Assembly (NCBI GenBank): GCA_950097015.1
Contig: CATNEN010000029.1
Coordinates: 3,596,001-3,660,000, forward strand
From: Macrostomum hystrix
Taxonomy: Eukaryota > Animalia > Platyhelminthes
Reading direction: 5' to 3'
Length of the DNA stretch: 64,000 bases
Shown piece by piece: positions 11,001-23,000 of this stretch. Each line of letters opens with the position of its first letter. Position 1 is the first letter of the stretch. Below the pieces are notes generated by a model, which searched no databases, was not told the origin of the DNA, and saw only the letters and a program-made list of their open reading frames with translations. Both the position numbers and the translations under genes were made by a program.

Positions 11001-14000
11001 ATATTGTGATGGCTGCCGTGACAGGTACGACACACAGAGCACCGAGGACAGATGTGAAGAGTGCGTTTAGTGAGAAGCTGATTGGACCGATGTGTATTTT
11101 CGCACTTGCATTCGGGCCACTCTCAGCCACTCCGTACCACATCGCGTTAGCTATCATTGTCATGAAGAGGATGCTGAAACAGACGCCCAACCGTTGCAGT
11201 CGGCTAAAGTTTGTGTCTGTCTTTCGTGACATTAGCGACATCCACAGATGATCGTCTGTCATCTTTCGTGACAGATTATTGCGTACCAGACCATGCGAGT
11301 ATGCGATGTCTTCTCTCGTAGCCAGCTTCAACACGACAGGTGTCGTCTCGGAGTCTTCGTCCACAAAGCCATTGTGAATGAAGAAGTACCTGTAAGTGTT
11401 AAATGTCGAGAAATTACAGCATTTCGGATTTTCAAGAAAATGATGCAAAATGAATGTTTCTTCCTGTACGCCTGTATATGATTACTTAGCATTGTAGAGC
11501 GTGTCAGTGACGATGATGCGGTTCAAGAACCAATCGCATTTTTCTGCATAACCTGAGCCGTCGTGCCAGATCATCATATACTTGATGTCACCCAGGTGCC
11601 GATCGCAAGTCATGATGAAATGGTTGATGGCCCCATCAGTGAAGTTCTGAAAATCAATGAGAAAAAAATGTTATGTATCATCATTATGTATGATAAAAGA
11701 AAAAATGTGCACTCGAACCTGACGAATTCCGTCGTCGAGGCGTCGACACGCTGCACGACTTTCTGTGCCCACCAGAGAAAAGTAGATGGCCGACTCAGTT
11801 CCGCTGTTTTTGCTAGCTCCTGTGTACACGTCCAGAAGGTAGCGGTTCGGTCTGGAGCAGTCGTCTGTCAGCGGCAAATACTCAAACTAAAACAGTGATG
11901 TGAAAGAATCGACACGAAAACATGTAAGGTCGTATAAGAATTCTCAATTTCTGTCAAAATTTTCAGACCCACTCACCGTTTTCGAATCCTTCTTGTCAAG
12001 TCTGCGCAGGATGACGGCCAGAGGAATGAAGAGGCACCAGAGAGCAATTACTGTGCTGAGAACAACCGCTGCCTCTGCCAGCTTTCCTTGCCAGTTGTCA
12101 AACAATTTGCCAAAATCAATCAAATTCGGGGTCAGGTTGATACCCACTCCAAGACTGCCAAACAGGTTGCTGCGAAACACGGGTTTGGTTGGAGTTCCCT
12201 TCTCTAGAGGCAAGCAGTTTGCCTCTGGTAAAGGCAGCCAGCGATTAAAAGCTTCTTCCCAACGCTGACATGAGTGACGCACCATGCTAAAGTTGTAGGC
12301 CAAGTACGGGTCTGAGCACATCACTGCTGCTGAGCTGTCTTTGTAGCAGCCACGCCGCCTCACACCGATATAGTGCACGCCGGATGTGTTGAGAAATCCC
12401 CGAGGTAGATAAAACATGGTCTGGTACTGCCACAAGTCACTGCTACTCAGTGTGCTCGGATCGATGCCATGGGCCTCAGTCAAGTTGTTCGGTGGAATCG
12501 GAATCAGCATCGACATGCTAGAATTGTCAGGTGTCGGCAGGTAGTCAGACTGAACCATGACGTCAAACAGATGACTCGGGTTAAGTGGAACCACAGTCAC
12601 TTGAAGCAGCTCTGTCTCACTCACTACTCGGAAGCTGTGGTAAAACATGAGCCATTTGTCTTCCGGTGTGCGATTAACCTGCAAGACCTCCGGCGGAGCA
12701 GTTGCTAAGCTCAGCTCGAACGGTTCAACTGTGTCCGCAAGCGTTGCCGCTCGACGTTTTCGTGAGTGACTGCTTGACGCAGCTGAGCAGTTTTCACGCT
12801 TGAGAATCATGACGCTGGATTTGACATTCTTTGCTGAAGACTGCCACACATACGGGTTGTTTGTGGCAAACACAGCTTTCACGTTGCAACCATCGTTGCC
12901 AGTTGCTGGTAATGAAATTTCACCAAAGCTCGACTTTAACGTCACATTCATGTCTCCACTGTCGCCCATTCGCCGTCCGACTGCGGCCATGGCGGTGTCA
13001 CTGAATGAATACTCGCCGTTGGCCGTGTCTTGGATCACCATGCTGGTCACTTCGTCGATTTTGTTGAGAACGGTATCAATTACTCTTTTCGCTCTCGAGT
13101 TCACCTCTGTGACTGCATTCGACAATGCAGCACCGCTCAGTGAAGTTGTGGTCGCATCGAAAGGCAATGCAGTTGTCGTTCCGACATCCTGCAGTGTGAC
13201 CGTACAGTTCTCGAGCGTTTCATTGGACAATCCGCCGCACAGAGTCGCTAGTCGGCTGTTCTCCACCTTGATTGTTGCATCTGACGCTTGCCAGATGTTT
13301 GATCCGGTTTTTACAAAGTCTAAAATGCAGCAAAGGCCGATGCGAGAACTAACTTTAAGGACTGAGCAAAAAAGTCATTATACGAACTACTCGTAATTTC
13401 ATTATTTTTTGCACAAGCAGAATTTCAAATGGCATCTTCAGCATAGTCGTAGACTTCACCTTCTCCCATGTAGTACCGATTAATGGAACTCATGTTGGAC
13501 TTCAAAGTTCGATAGTTTCCAGTTAGGCTTGAAAACTTATCCACGACGACTTCCTGTTGTGAACGTAATACTTTATCATGAATAATTACTATTTTACAAT
13601 CTCAAATTAAAACAAAAATTTACTGAACAGCTTTGAAAATCTTACTTGAGAATTGAGAGTAACCTGATCAACTCGGAGTACAGAATTTCGCAGCAGCTCG
13701 TTTGTTTGCTCCAGTGAGTCGGTCGCATTCACGGTGAAGTTTGCGATCACGTTAATAAATTGCGTTCGTTGCTGCAATAATACGAGCGTATCACGATTTA
13801 ATCAGACTCACGAACCAAAAGCGTTTCCTGTAAAAAACGAGGGAATGTACTTACCTGTGTCATCTTTACTCGGAAGCTCTCTCTTGACTCTGCAGTTGAG
13901 TTGGCACCCTCTGCCTCTTCGTTCTTGACGTTCATCAATGAGCCGACGCACAGCAGAGTTGTAGAAGCCCCTTGTTGATCCCCCTTTTCTAAATACTTGT

Positions 14001-17000
14001 TTAGCTCAGGACTGCTCCCACTCAGAATGTCCGATATGTTTTGAACGAGTACCTCAGGTGGAACAGGAGGGGGCTTAACCTGCAACGAATAGATTTCAGG
14101 AGAAACATTAGCACAATCGAAGTGTTAAGGCATTCGTCAGCGAGTCACTTACGTAGACATTGAAGACATAGTCCTTTCTGTCACCAAGAGGGTCATAGAT
14201 GTAAGCAATGAGATCAGCAGCGAAATTATCCGTCGGTGAGCCGACTGGGAAGAAGATCTCTGGAGGCGTGGTCAAATCTCCATAGAAAAGAAGATTCGCT
14301 CGTCGGCTGCCCTTCTGCTGAATCCGATACTCATAGGTCAAGTGCCCGGTGCTAGTATAAAACTCTCTCCAGCCTGAGCAATTGATTTGGAACTTTGTCT
14401 CCATGGCGATTCCTCTTAGAGGATTGACGCTGCAGTTTCCACCCAATGGAGGACTGTTAACAATGAACTCCAACTGATCGGTGACAGGACCTTCTTGACC
14501 CTCATTGTAGGCTGTCACATTGATAAAGTAGAAGCTGCCGTTCACAAGAGTAAACTTGTTCCTTATCAAAGTGCTGTTCGTAAAAACGCCTAAAATTGTT
14601 TAGATTGGAATGGCGTTCAAACCAAATGTCATTGAAATTGTGTTTCAGGTTCAAAAGGCATTACCTCCTTTCGTGAATTCCGCGAGATTGTCATCTGCAG
14701 CAGTGCCCTGTCGACGCATTCTCCAACGGTATTGGAGTGGCTGAAACTTGTGCCCACAATAAAGATTCGTGCAATCAACTTGATATTCAAGGTCATGCAG
14801 AGATGTGATCTTGGAATCACAATTCCGAACGCAACTGAAAAAGCAAAAACACTAAAATTGCAATACAAGCAAAAGCAGTCATTGCGTAATTTGAGATCAA
14901 ATCACTTACACCATCTTGATCGTCGGCGCCTTTTGTGGTCTCACTCGGAGAGATTTCTCACAATACTGCCACCTCGTATCCTTGTACACAATCATTCTGA
15001 ACAGGTACGTCCGATTGGGCAAGAAGTCGTAGCTGTTTCCATTGAAGCGACCCGCGGTAGCGCTGTCACCTTTGTGAATGATTCCTGCTCCGTTGCCATA
15101 ACAACCGCGATAGTTCTCAACACCCTGCTCAACTGGAAGTGGTATAATCGCAGTCAGATTAAACGGCTGTGATGAGTTCTCGGACAGCTGTAGGCACACC
15201 CAAGTGAACGTCATTCCTGTGTGATTTCCAGGCTCAACATCGTAATCTCGAACGTGGTTGCTAGCCATGAAAATAAACCTTTCGTTGTATTCCACTTCTG
15301 ATGGTCCATCGATTCCAGTACACTCCAGTGGTGTTTTGACAATCTCGATATAAAAGTTCAGCTCTGTGGACACTGGTGGTTGCACTTGAGCCATGGACAA
15401 ATTAAGCAGAACATTGTAGACTCCGTACCACAGAGTTCGCTCAGGCAGCGACATTGTGAATGAGTCTGCCAGATTTCTGAGGGCTGTGGCTCCACTTGTT
15501 TGATCTAATATTCTCCAATACCTCCATGTGTTTTGAGTCTTTGTGCAGTTCAGGTCAGCCATCGCTTCTACACTAAAGGCCACAGAGCGCCGAAGAACGA
15601 GTCTTTTTTCTGGATCTCGAGGCGTTAGAACTGTTCCATTGAATGTAAAATTCAGTCCTGGCTCAAAGCAAAGCCAATCCAAAACCACTGCAATGTTTTC
15701 CGCTGTGTCATTGCTGACATGATTGAAAGCAAACACACTTGCAGAGTAGCTCCCATACCATGGGTACAAGTGAGTAAATACAATTTTTGTGTCCAGATAC
15801 GAAATCTCTGTAAAATTCATGCTGTGGCTTCTGGCATAGGGCTCACAGAGTTTCGGAATGCCAAAGCAACGACCAGCTGATCGATCCCCAAACGTCACAA
15901 CGAAGCAACCATTGGTGCCGAATCTGGTAATGTTCAGCACGAATGTGGTTGCATTGTAGTTCAGAACACTGCCATTGTTGTAGAACGCACCGATAATCAC
16001 AGCATCAAGGATGATCGCGACTGGTGTAGTTGTGAAGCGCCAGTCAAGGAGATTTGAACAGTTCACAGTGAAATTGCGCAAGCCAATGGCTGCTCGAGGA
16101 AACGAAACTTCGCTGTAGTCACTCTTGTTCCCATCCAGGTAGTCAATATATCGATAGAGACTTCCGAAGCCAGTAAAGTCAAACGAGCAGTGCATGTTAG
16201 TAACAGGGTAGCAGGGATGTGTGAGCCAGAAGCCTACAGTGGCAGGCGTGTACAGTACGCTTCTGTTGTATACTATCGTTGGACATGTCACTGGGTCGAG
16301 GATGATGATGGGACCAATCGAGGCGCTCAGAGAGTTAAGCGTGTTCCACACAGTCAGATTCACTGTGTAGTTTCCAACTTTTGTAAAGTTGTGCTTCACG
16401 GCGAGGTCTTTGTCCACTGCAAACAGCGACGGGTGCGTGTAGTTTTCCACTGGCGAGTCGTCTCCGAAATTGAAGCTGAAAATCACGTTTGATCCATTGA
16501 GCAACTTTGATGTGATATCCACTGTTGTCATTCTATGCTCAAGTAGTGTTGAATGCAGGCTTAGTCCGATAATGCGCTCCTCGCAAGATAGGTTAGACAC
16601 GACAGATGCTCGCGAAACCAGATTCCAGCATGACACCAGGACGCTCACCGGTGTGCCAATCATTGAGCGCTGGCACAAAAGTTGCTGTGGCTGACTGGTA
16701 GAATTTACCCAGCTTAGCTCAAAATGAGAACTGGCAAACGAAACCACACACGAAACGTTGGTTGGGAATGGAGTCAATGGGTGGGTGACGTCGATGCCAA
16801 ATCGTCCATCGGGAACCTGAACACTCGAAGGAGCTGTCAGCACTAACCTCTGCAGAATGTGTTGCACGGTTACATTTCTCACATAGACGGTTTTCCTGGT
16901 GTGGAAATTAAATGCCGTCACCTGGACATCGTACACTCCATGGTTTGGATAGTTCCATATGTAAGCATCTGATGTGTCAGCCGATAGTCTGGAGTTGTCA

Positions 17001-20000
17001 GCTACTGTCACGTTCCGTCCATCACCCACAAGAATTATATAGGAAACATGTGTGCCCGTCGCCAGGCTGATATTGGCCATCGAGTCTTCTGTTGAGCGAT
17101 AGAGTGTGTTGTTCAAGAACACTGTCAGACCTGTTATGTTTTCTTGCTTCATCACATAGAATGTTCGGTTAAAGTTGTAGAACTGGTTCCAGCAAGTCAC
17201 ATTGGTCCACACGAACGGCTCGTCGACGACATAAGCCAAAGTCACAACTTGAGGTACATAGCGAGGCACTGTGAGCTGTACATACGTGATGCGATCTGTT
17301 TCTGTCTCCATGCTGCAGTTGATGATGAGATGTGAATATCTTGAGCCATTTGTCATCCGAAATGTGAAGCTCACGTTGATCGGAACGGCATATGGATAGT
17401 ATTGATAGCTGATATCTAGGAAGTCGACCAGCTCGGGCACAACATTGATTGCATTCGAAATAATGACTTCGTTGACTTCGTTCCACATGCGACAAGTGAC
17501 ATTGAAGCGACCGACATCGCTCCTGTAGTCATAGTACGTATCGAATCCCATGGAATAGAAGCTTGCAATGTGATTCCGTTGTGCCCAGTTCCAACCATAG
17601 CTTGCTCCAGTGGCGTAGCTAATGTTCACGTCGATTGTTGATGCTACGTCCCAGTGCGCCGAGGCCATGAAAGTCTCGCCTAAGCGGACTGTGCTTTCTG
17701 ACAAGACGCATGTGGAATTTGTGACTGGGACACCTGGGCATATCAGGGCTCCAGACAATTGTCGGCATAAAACATTGTTGGACGCGTCCTCCTCAATGAA
17801 TGAAGCTGCGACAGTGCGATTAAAAATGACGCAGTACTTGGTCATGTTCTCACAATTTGTTAGTGAGACATTAAACATTGCCTGACAAGTGAAATTCACA
17901 GTGCTGTTGGGATCAAGTCTCTGCTGCTGTTGATCGACACTGCAGCTCTGCCATATCGCACTAGCGTGAAGTCTCATGTTGTCAGAGGCAAGGAAGATTG
18001 TGGGCATGAAGTTTCGTCGGTTGCCAGTCACTTCAGTCACGTGAAGTCCATTCACATGACTCAGGGTAGAATTCCAGTAAATCAATGTGTTGTAGCGAGA
18101 CAACCAAGAGCTGTTCTGTGCTGACAGATAGACTGAGCTCACGGCCGTATCAATAAAAGGTGTGCAGTTCATGCTGATGGGTTGACAAAGAATGTTATTG
18201 CTCGGCACAGTTTCTGTGAAGCTGGAGTTTTCACCGTTTGTACTCGATACACAAATGTGTTTTGTCAGCTCACACAGAGTCAAGTTAAAGTCGAAACCCC
18301 CAGACAAACGGAAGCTCAGAGACTGTCCGATGGATAGTCCGCGCTGCACTTCGGTCAGATTCGATGTGAGATTCAAAGTAACAATCACATTCGAGTCGAG
18401 ACACGAAGCATTGTTGGAACAGTTGGATGACATCAGATAGGCAGTGAATACAAAGTTCTCATCTAGGTCTTGGACTGCACGAATGTCATATGCACCCGAG
18501 TTCGCTTGAACAGTCACCAAAAGACCAAAGTCATTATGAATGGATCTGGTAAAGACTTTCGGGTGTGAGGAAGTGATGCCAAAAGCAATCACTCGAGTGT
18601 CTGTGTTAGGCTGACAATTGCGTATTGATGTGATGGACGAGCAGCCACCATTGTTTGTATAGTTGAGATCGCGATAGTACGAGTCGTCAGAGTTGACGAC
18701 GGCAACGCACAAATATGAGCACGCTTTGCATCTGCTTCCAGTTGGAAGCTGAACTGTTCCAGATATCATGAATGTAAGATTTAGTCCGATGGCACCGTAG
18801 GCTGCTTGGTCACCGTCTAGGACCTGCATGTAGCCAGCTCTAAAGTAGTCAGCTAATGGATCTGGATACAGCGATGTCAGCTCGGACCACATGAACACGC
18901 TAAAGTTGTAATTGATATTCGGAGGAGACACTGACGTGATGTTCGCAGTTCCATTTCGTACTTTTAGAGTTAGACTTTGGTTAAAGTTTTTCCTGAACGA
19001 GCGCACAAATGAGCCACTGAGACCGGATACAATGAATGACGAGGCGGCTTCCAAGTCCACAACTAAAATATTTCAAATGCCTTTTGTCATGAATTGCTTT
19101 TGTGGTTTAGAAGAATTCCAGTTCACTCCTTACCTGGTTTGCACATTCCCCGATTTAGATACCAGCCGACTGTGCAGTTGCATCGTGTTCGGTACATTGT
19201 GTCTGGGGCGAGACACACAGATCTGTTGACAATAACACAGTTGAGATCGCTGGTGCAGTCCTCGCTCAAGTTGCGAGCTGTAACAAAATTATTGGAAAAT
19301 AAAGACTAACGTTAGTTCATCTTTGGATATGTCTTAGCAGACAAAGTAAGATTTTCGCTCGTTCGTCTCTGAAATTTACCTGGATAAGCATATGCCGGCT
19401 CAACAATCCTCATAAGCACCCTTCCACCCTCAAACATTGGTGACCACGAGATCCTGTCAGATGAGGTTGCCGACCCACTTCCGGTCATCTTGTTGTCATA
19501 GCAGCCCGATGACTTGTACCACCAACCGCTGCCTCCGGAAATGGCACAGCTCCTCTGTGGCCCGTTGTCGAATGTCGAGAACTGCGTCAAGTCGTGATTG
19601 GCCAGCCGCATGGAATCCGAGAACGCAGTGAAGCAGCTCTCGAAGTGTGCTTTGTATCCTTCGTACACAGAGTCTATCCAGAAGCGATTGCACTCCACAT
19701 ACTGGAACTTGCCATTCTTGTCCCACATGTCGATGCGCAGTCGATACTTGTTGAAGATGGACAGCGTGCGCATGGCTTCGGTGCCGATCCAGAAACTGCT
19801 GGAGTTGAGCAGACTCTCCATGTCGTAAAAGCCACGTCGATAGTCCTCAAAACTGCGGTTCATGCTCCAGGAGGCATTGAAGTTTTTGTAGATGACAATC
19901 CAATTGTCTTGACATTGAGCAGGCATGTTGCCATATAGAGAGTGAGGCACGTAAATTTCGGATCGATTGATGCAGCTCAGAGCATCCACTGGAAAGGAAT

Positions 20001-23000
20001 TTTTAGCTTTAGTATTGACTCAATGTCTTAATACTGCAATTCATATGCTCACTAATTTTCCAAATATACGAGTATATTGTGCTCTAGAGTACTAGTAAAG
20101 GTAAATTTATATTGGAATTCTTTTATAGCATTCCACATATGCTGAGAGAGATGTATAATGATAGCAAATAGAGTGTGGCAGATTTATTTACAAACAGTGA
20201 TCGGACAAACACAAGTAGCTTAAAAGGCATTAAAATTGCGTTGAGGCACTTACCGTTTACAGGACATCCAAAAACGTCAAACTTCATTGCTCTGGGATTT
20301 CCTGCTGGATTTGTCGTTACTTTCAGCCTGTTAGTGTAGAATGGCTTTCGTAGAATGTGGTTAAATGGACATGACAGATAGCCGCTTTGAACCGTTAAGG
20401 TGCTCTGAAAGTTAGGATGTCCGAAAGTGCTAGAAATCAGAATATTTTCTTCAATTAATTAATTATGATTTGGCCTTTAGAGTGTCGCTTACAGCAGTCC
20501 CGCTAGACGAAAACGATCCAGTCACCAATGTATTTCCTGCCTGAGTCAGATCAGAGTACTCGAGATCGAAGCCCGTGTATTCACGGTTTGTGCTTGAGCT
20601 CTCAATACCAGCACCACTGGCTGACAGTGCTGTGAATAAGAAGGTCTGATTGAATGAGATCTGCAATGTACGAGGTAGAATATGGTAAACATTTATTCTG
20701 TGTCTGTGGACCACCAATGCTTGTCTAGCTAGTCGATGTCTCGATTCGATCATAAAAAACGGTTCGTATGTGACATGAAAAACTTATAAATGACACAGAA
20801 CAGCGGCCATGCTTACCGTCACCCAGTCACCACTCCAAAATCCAGTCGTCAAATCCGGCACGATGGCCAGTGGAATTCCCGAAGCAGATCCCGCCCAGAT
20901 GTTTCCACTGGCAAAGCTAAACGGAATCGAGTTATTCGGATCGAAAAAGTTTGTCCAGCAAGACTCTGAAAGACCACAGGCGTTAAAAAGTGTTTGTTCT
21001 CAGTGGCTCCTTGACTAAAAGTGAAAAAGTCGAATTCAAAGCCATCATACCTCGACAGATTTGCTCAATCACGAAGCTCCCACTCTGCGAAGTTGTCGCA
21101 AAGCCGACGCTGAGAGAAGTCATGCGTGAGATGGTTGTCACCTGCTCTGTTGTAGCAATCATCTCCATCGTTCCGCAGATTTCCTTGTTGCTCTGACAAT
21201 ACTTGATGGTCTCCGCTACACGTCTCCATGGCTGAGAAACTTTTTCCAGCCCTGCCTGGCTCAGAGCTGTGCTTTTCGAATCGAAATACACGTTGTACAG
21301 CATGTTGTCACACTGGCGACTCATCTTCTTTGCTAAAGAGGAATAAGTTTTTAATAGCCTGCAGAAAATATAAAGAATTCGATTCAAATGCAAGTCGTTT
21401 TATGATGGCTGTCGAACATACCAGCCTCCACTTCGCACACTACGAAAGCACTCGTGCATGTAGCACTAGATTTCCAATTCTCAGTGAGCAAAGTAGAGTA
21501 AGCACATGTGTCTGCGGCTGCGGGCTCATCGAAGCGCCAGTTCTTCCACACAGGTGGCTGATTATTGTGCTCTAAACCCACGCTCCAGTCGCGTTTTTAA
21601 CTACTCCAATGTGAACCATGTAGTTGTTGGCAGTGAAAGAATTGCTCACGCCACGAGACCTTAAAGTTTTCAGATAAAACTTTTTATGACTATTGAGGAA
21701 GTCCTAGATAGTAGCTCGTATGATTTATTTGCAATAAAGATCAATTAAGTGCGATAGATCAATAGGTCTATGTAGCAGAAATGAACAGGAAATTATTTTG
21801 CTTACTGCATGAGGTCAGCATATCCGATTCGAATGACAATATTGTCATAGAAACTGGTTGGCACAAAGAGGCGTCCTTTGCTAGCCCATGTCATGTTGGC
21901 ACAATACTGCCTTGCGATCTCCCTGTGCACAGACGCCTGGTAGTCCGTGTAGTAGTGCACGCAGCGGCCATTGTAGTAGTAAAAGTTCTTTGGACACTCT
22001 AGATAATCAAATAAATATTCTTTTCAGTATATATACATGAATTTTCGTGTCAATATTGTAGAGCGAGGCCTCTCCACCATAAACTATGCACTTCGGTCTG
22101 ATGTCGGCCTGAGTTGCTGACACTAGATACATCGATAAATGAGCACAAGAGAATGTCTTACCGTCAGCTTCACGTCCATAGAAACTAAGACCAACGCTTG
22201 CACAGTAGTCTCCAAATAACTTTCGAACAACAATCTGGCCCGCAGTCACCGTGCGGTTCAGCCAGATATCAGTGTTCGTCGCCATTACCGACTTGTTCTA
22301 AAATCAAAATAAAAGTCCATCATTCCATAATTAGATAGAATTATGGAATGTATTCAGACTAAGCGTTTGTGTTTCTCTTACATAGGACGCAACCAGGTTG
22401 TTGTTGAAGTCCAAGAAATCGAATTGCAGTGTTTGGTTTCTTGAACATCCCGTCGGGTAGAGGCTCACATTAGAGAGGTGATGCACATTATCGAGAACAA
22501 ATCGATATTCATTTCTGGCACCGCTCGTTATCCTGGCCTGGCTTGATAAAGAAGCGCCACTTTCTATCATTCTCGTGAAGCTTATAACTGGGCACTCTAA
22601 AATTATACGGATTAGGGTGCTTAAAATGTGATAATTACTTTTATTTGCCTTTTTGAATCAAAAGAGACCTCAAAGTTATTACAAGACCTTCAGGAAATCC
22701 AAGGAATCCGAGACGCGAAATGCATAACGCGTTGTTCGCATTGGGTTTGTAGATCATGTACTTGGCGACAACTGGAGTCTGGAGATCCTGTCGGATCCAT
22801 TGTTTGTCCTCTTGGTTTGCGAGGAACGTTGTGTTTCCTGTTTGCGAGCTGTTGATAGCTTGCATTGGAGCATCATCTGTCTGTCCATAGTACAGCTCAT
22901 AGGATGTGACATAATATGAGCTTCCTCCAGCAGTCACAACTGCAAACACTCGCTGAGGAATCTCGAATGTTATAATCATGTAGGAGCCACCGCATAATAT

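Noticed and set aside
9543-19938. Plus-strand ORFs of 60-200 aa overlapping the large exons (e.g. 9543-10058, 12800-13396, 14732-15172)
   Set aside because: Antisense shadows of the minus-strand coding sequence with no recognisable domains.
21572-21574. Stop-codon readthrough or selenocysteine recoding
   Set aside because: The codon is TAG and the downstream domain is in a different frame, so readthrough would not restore it.
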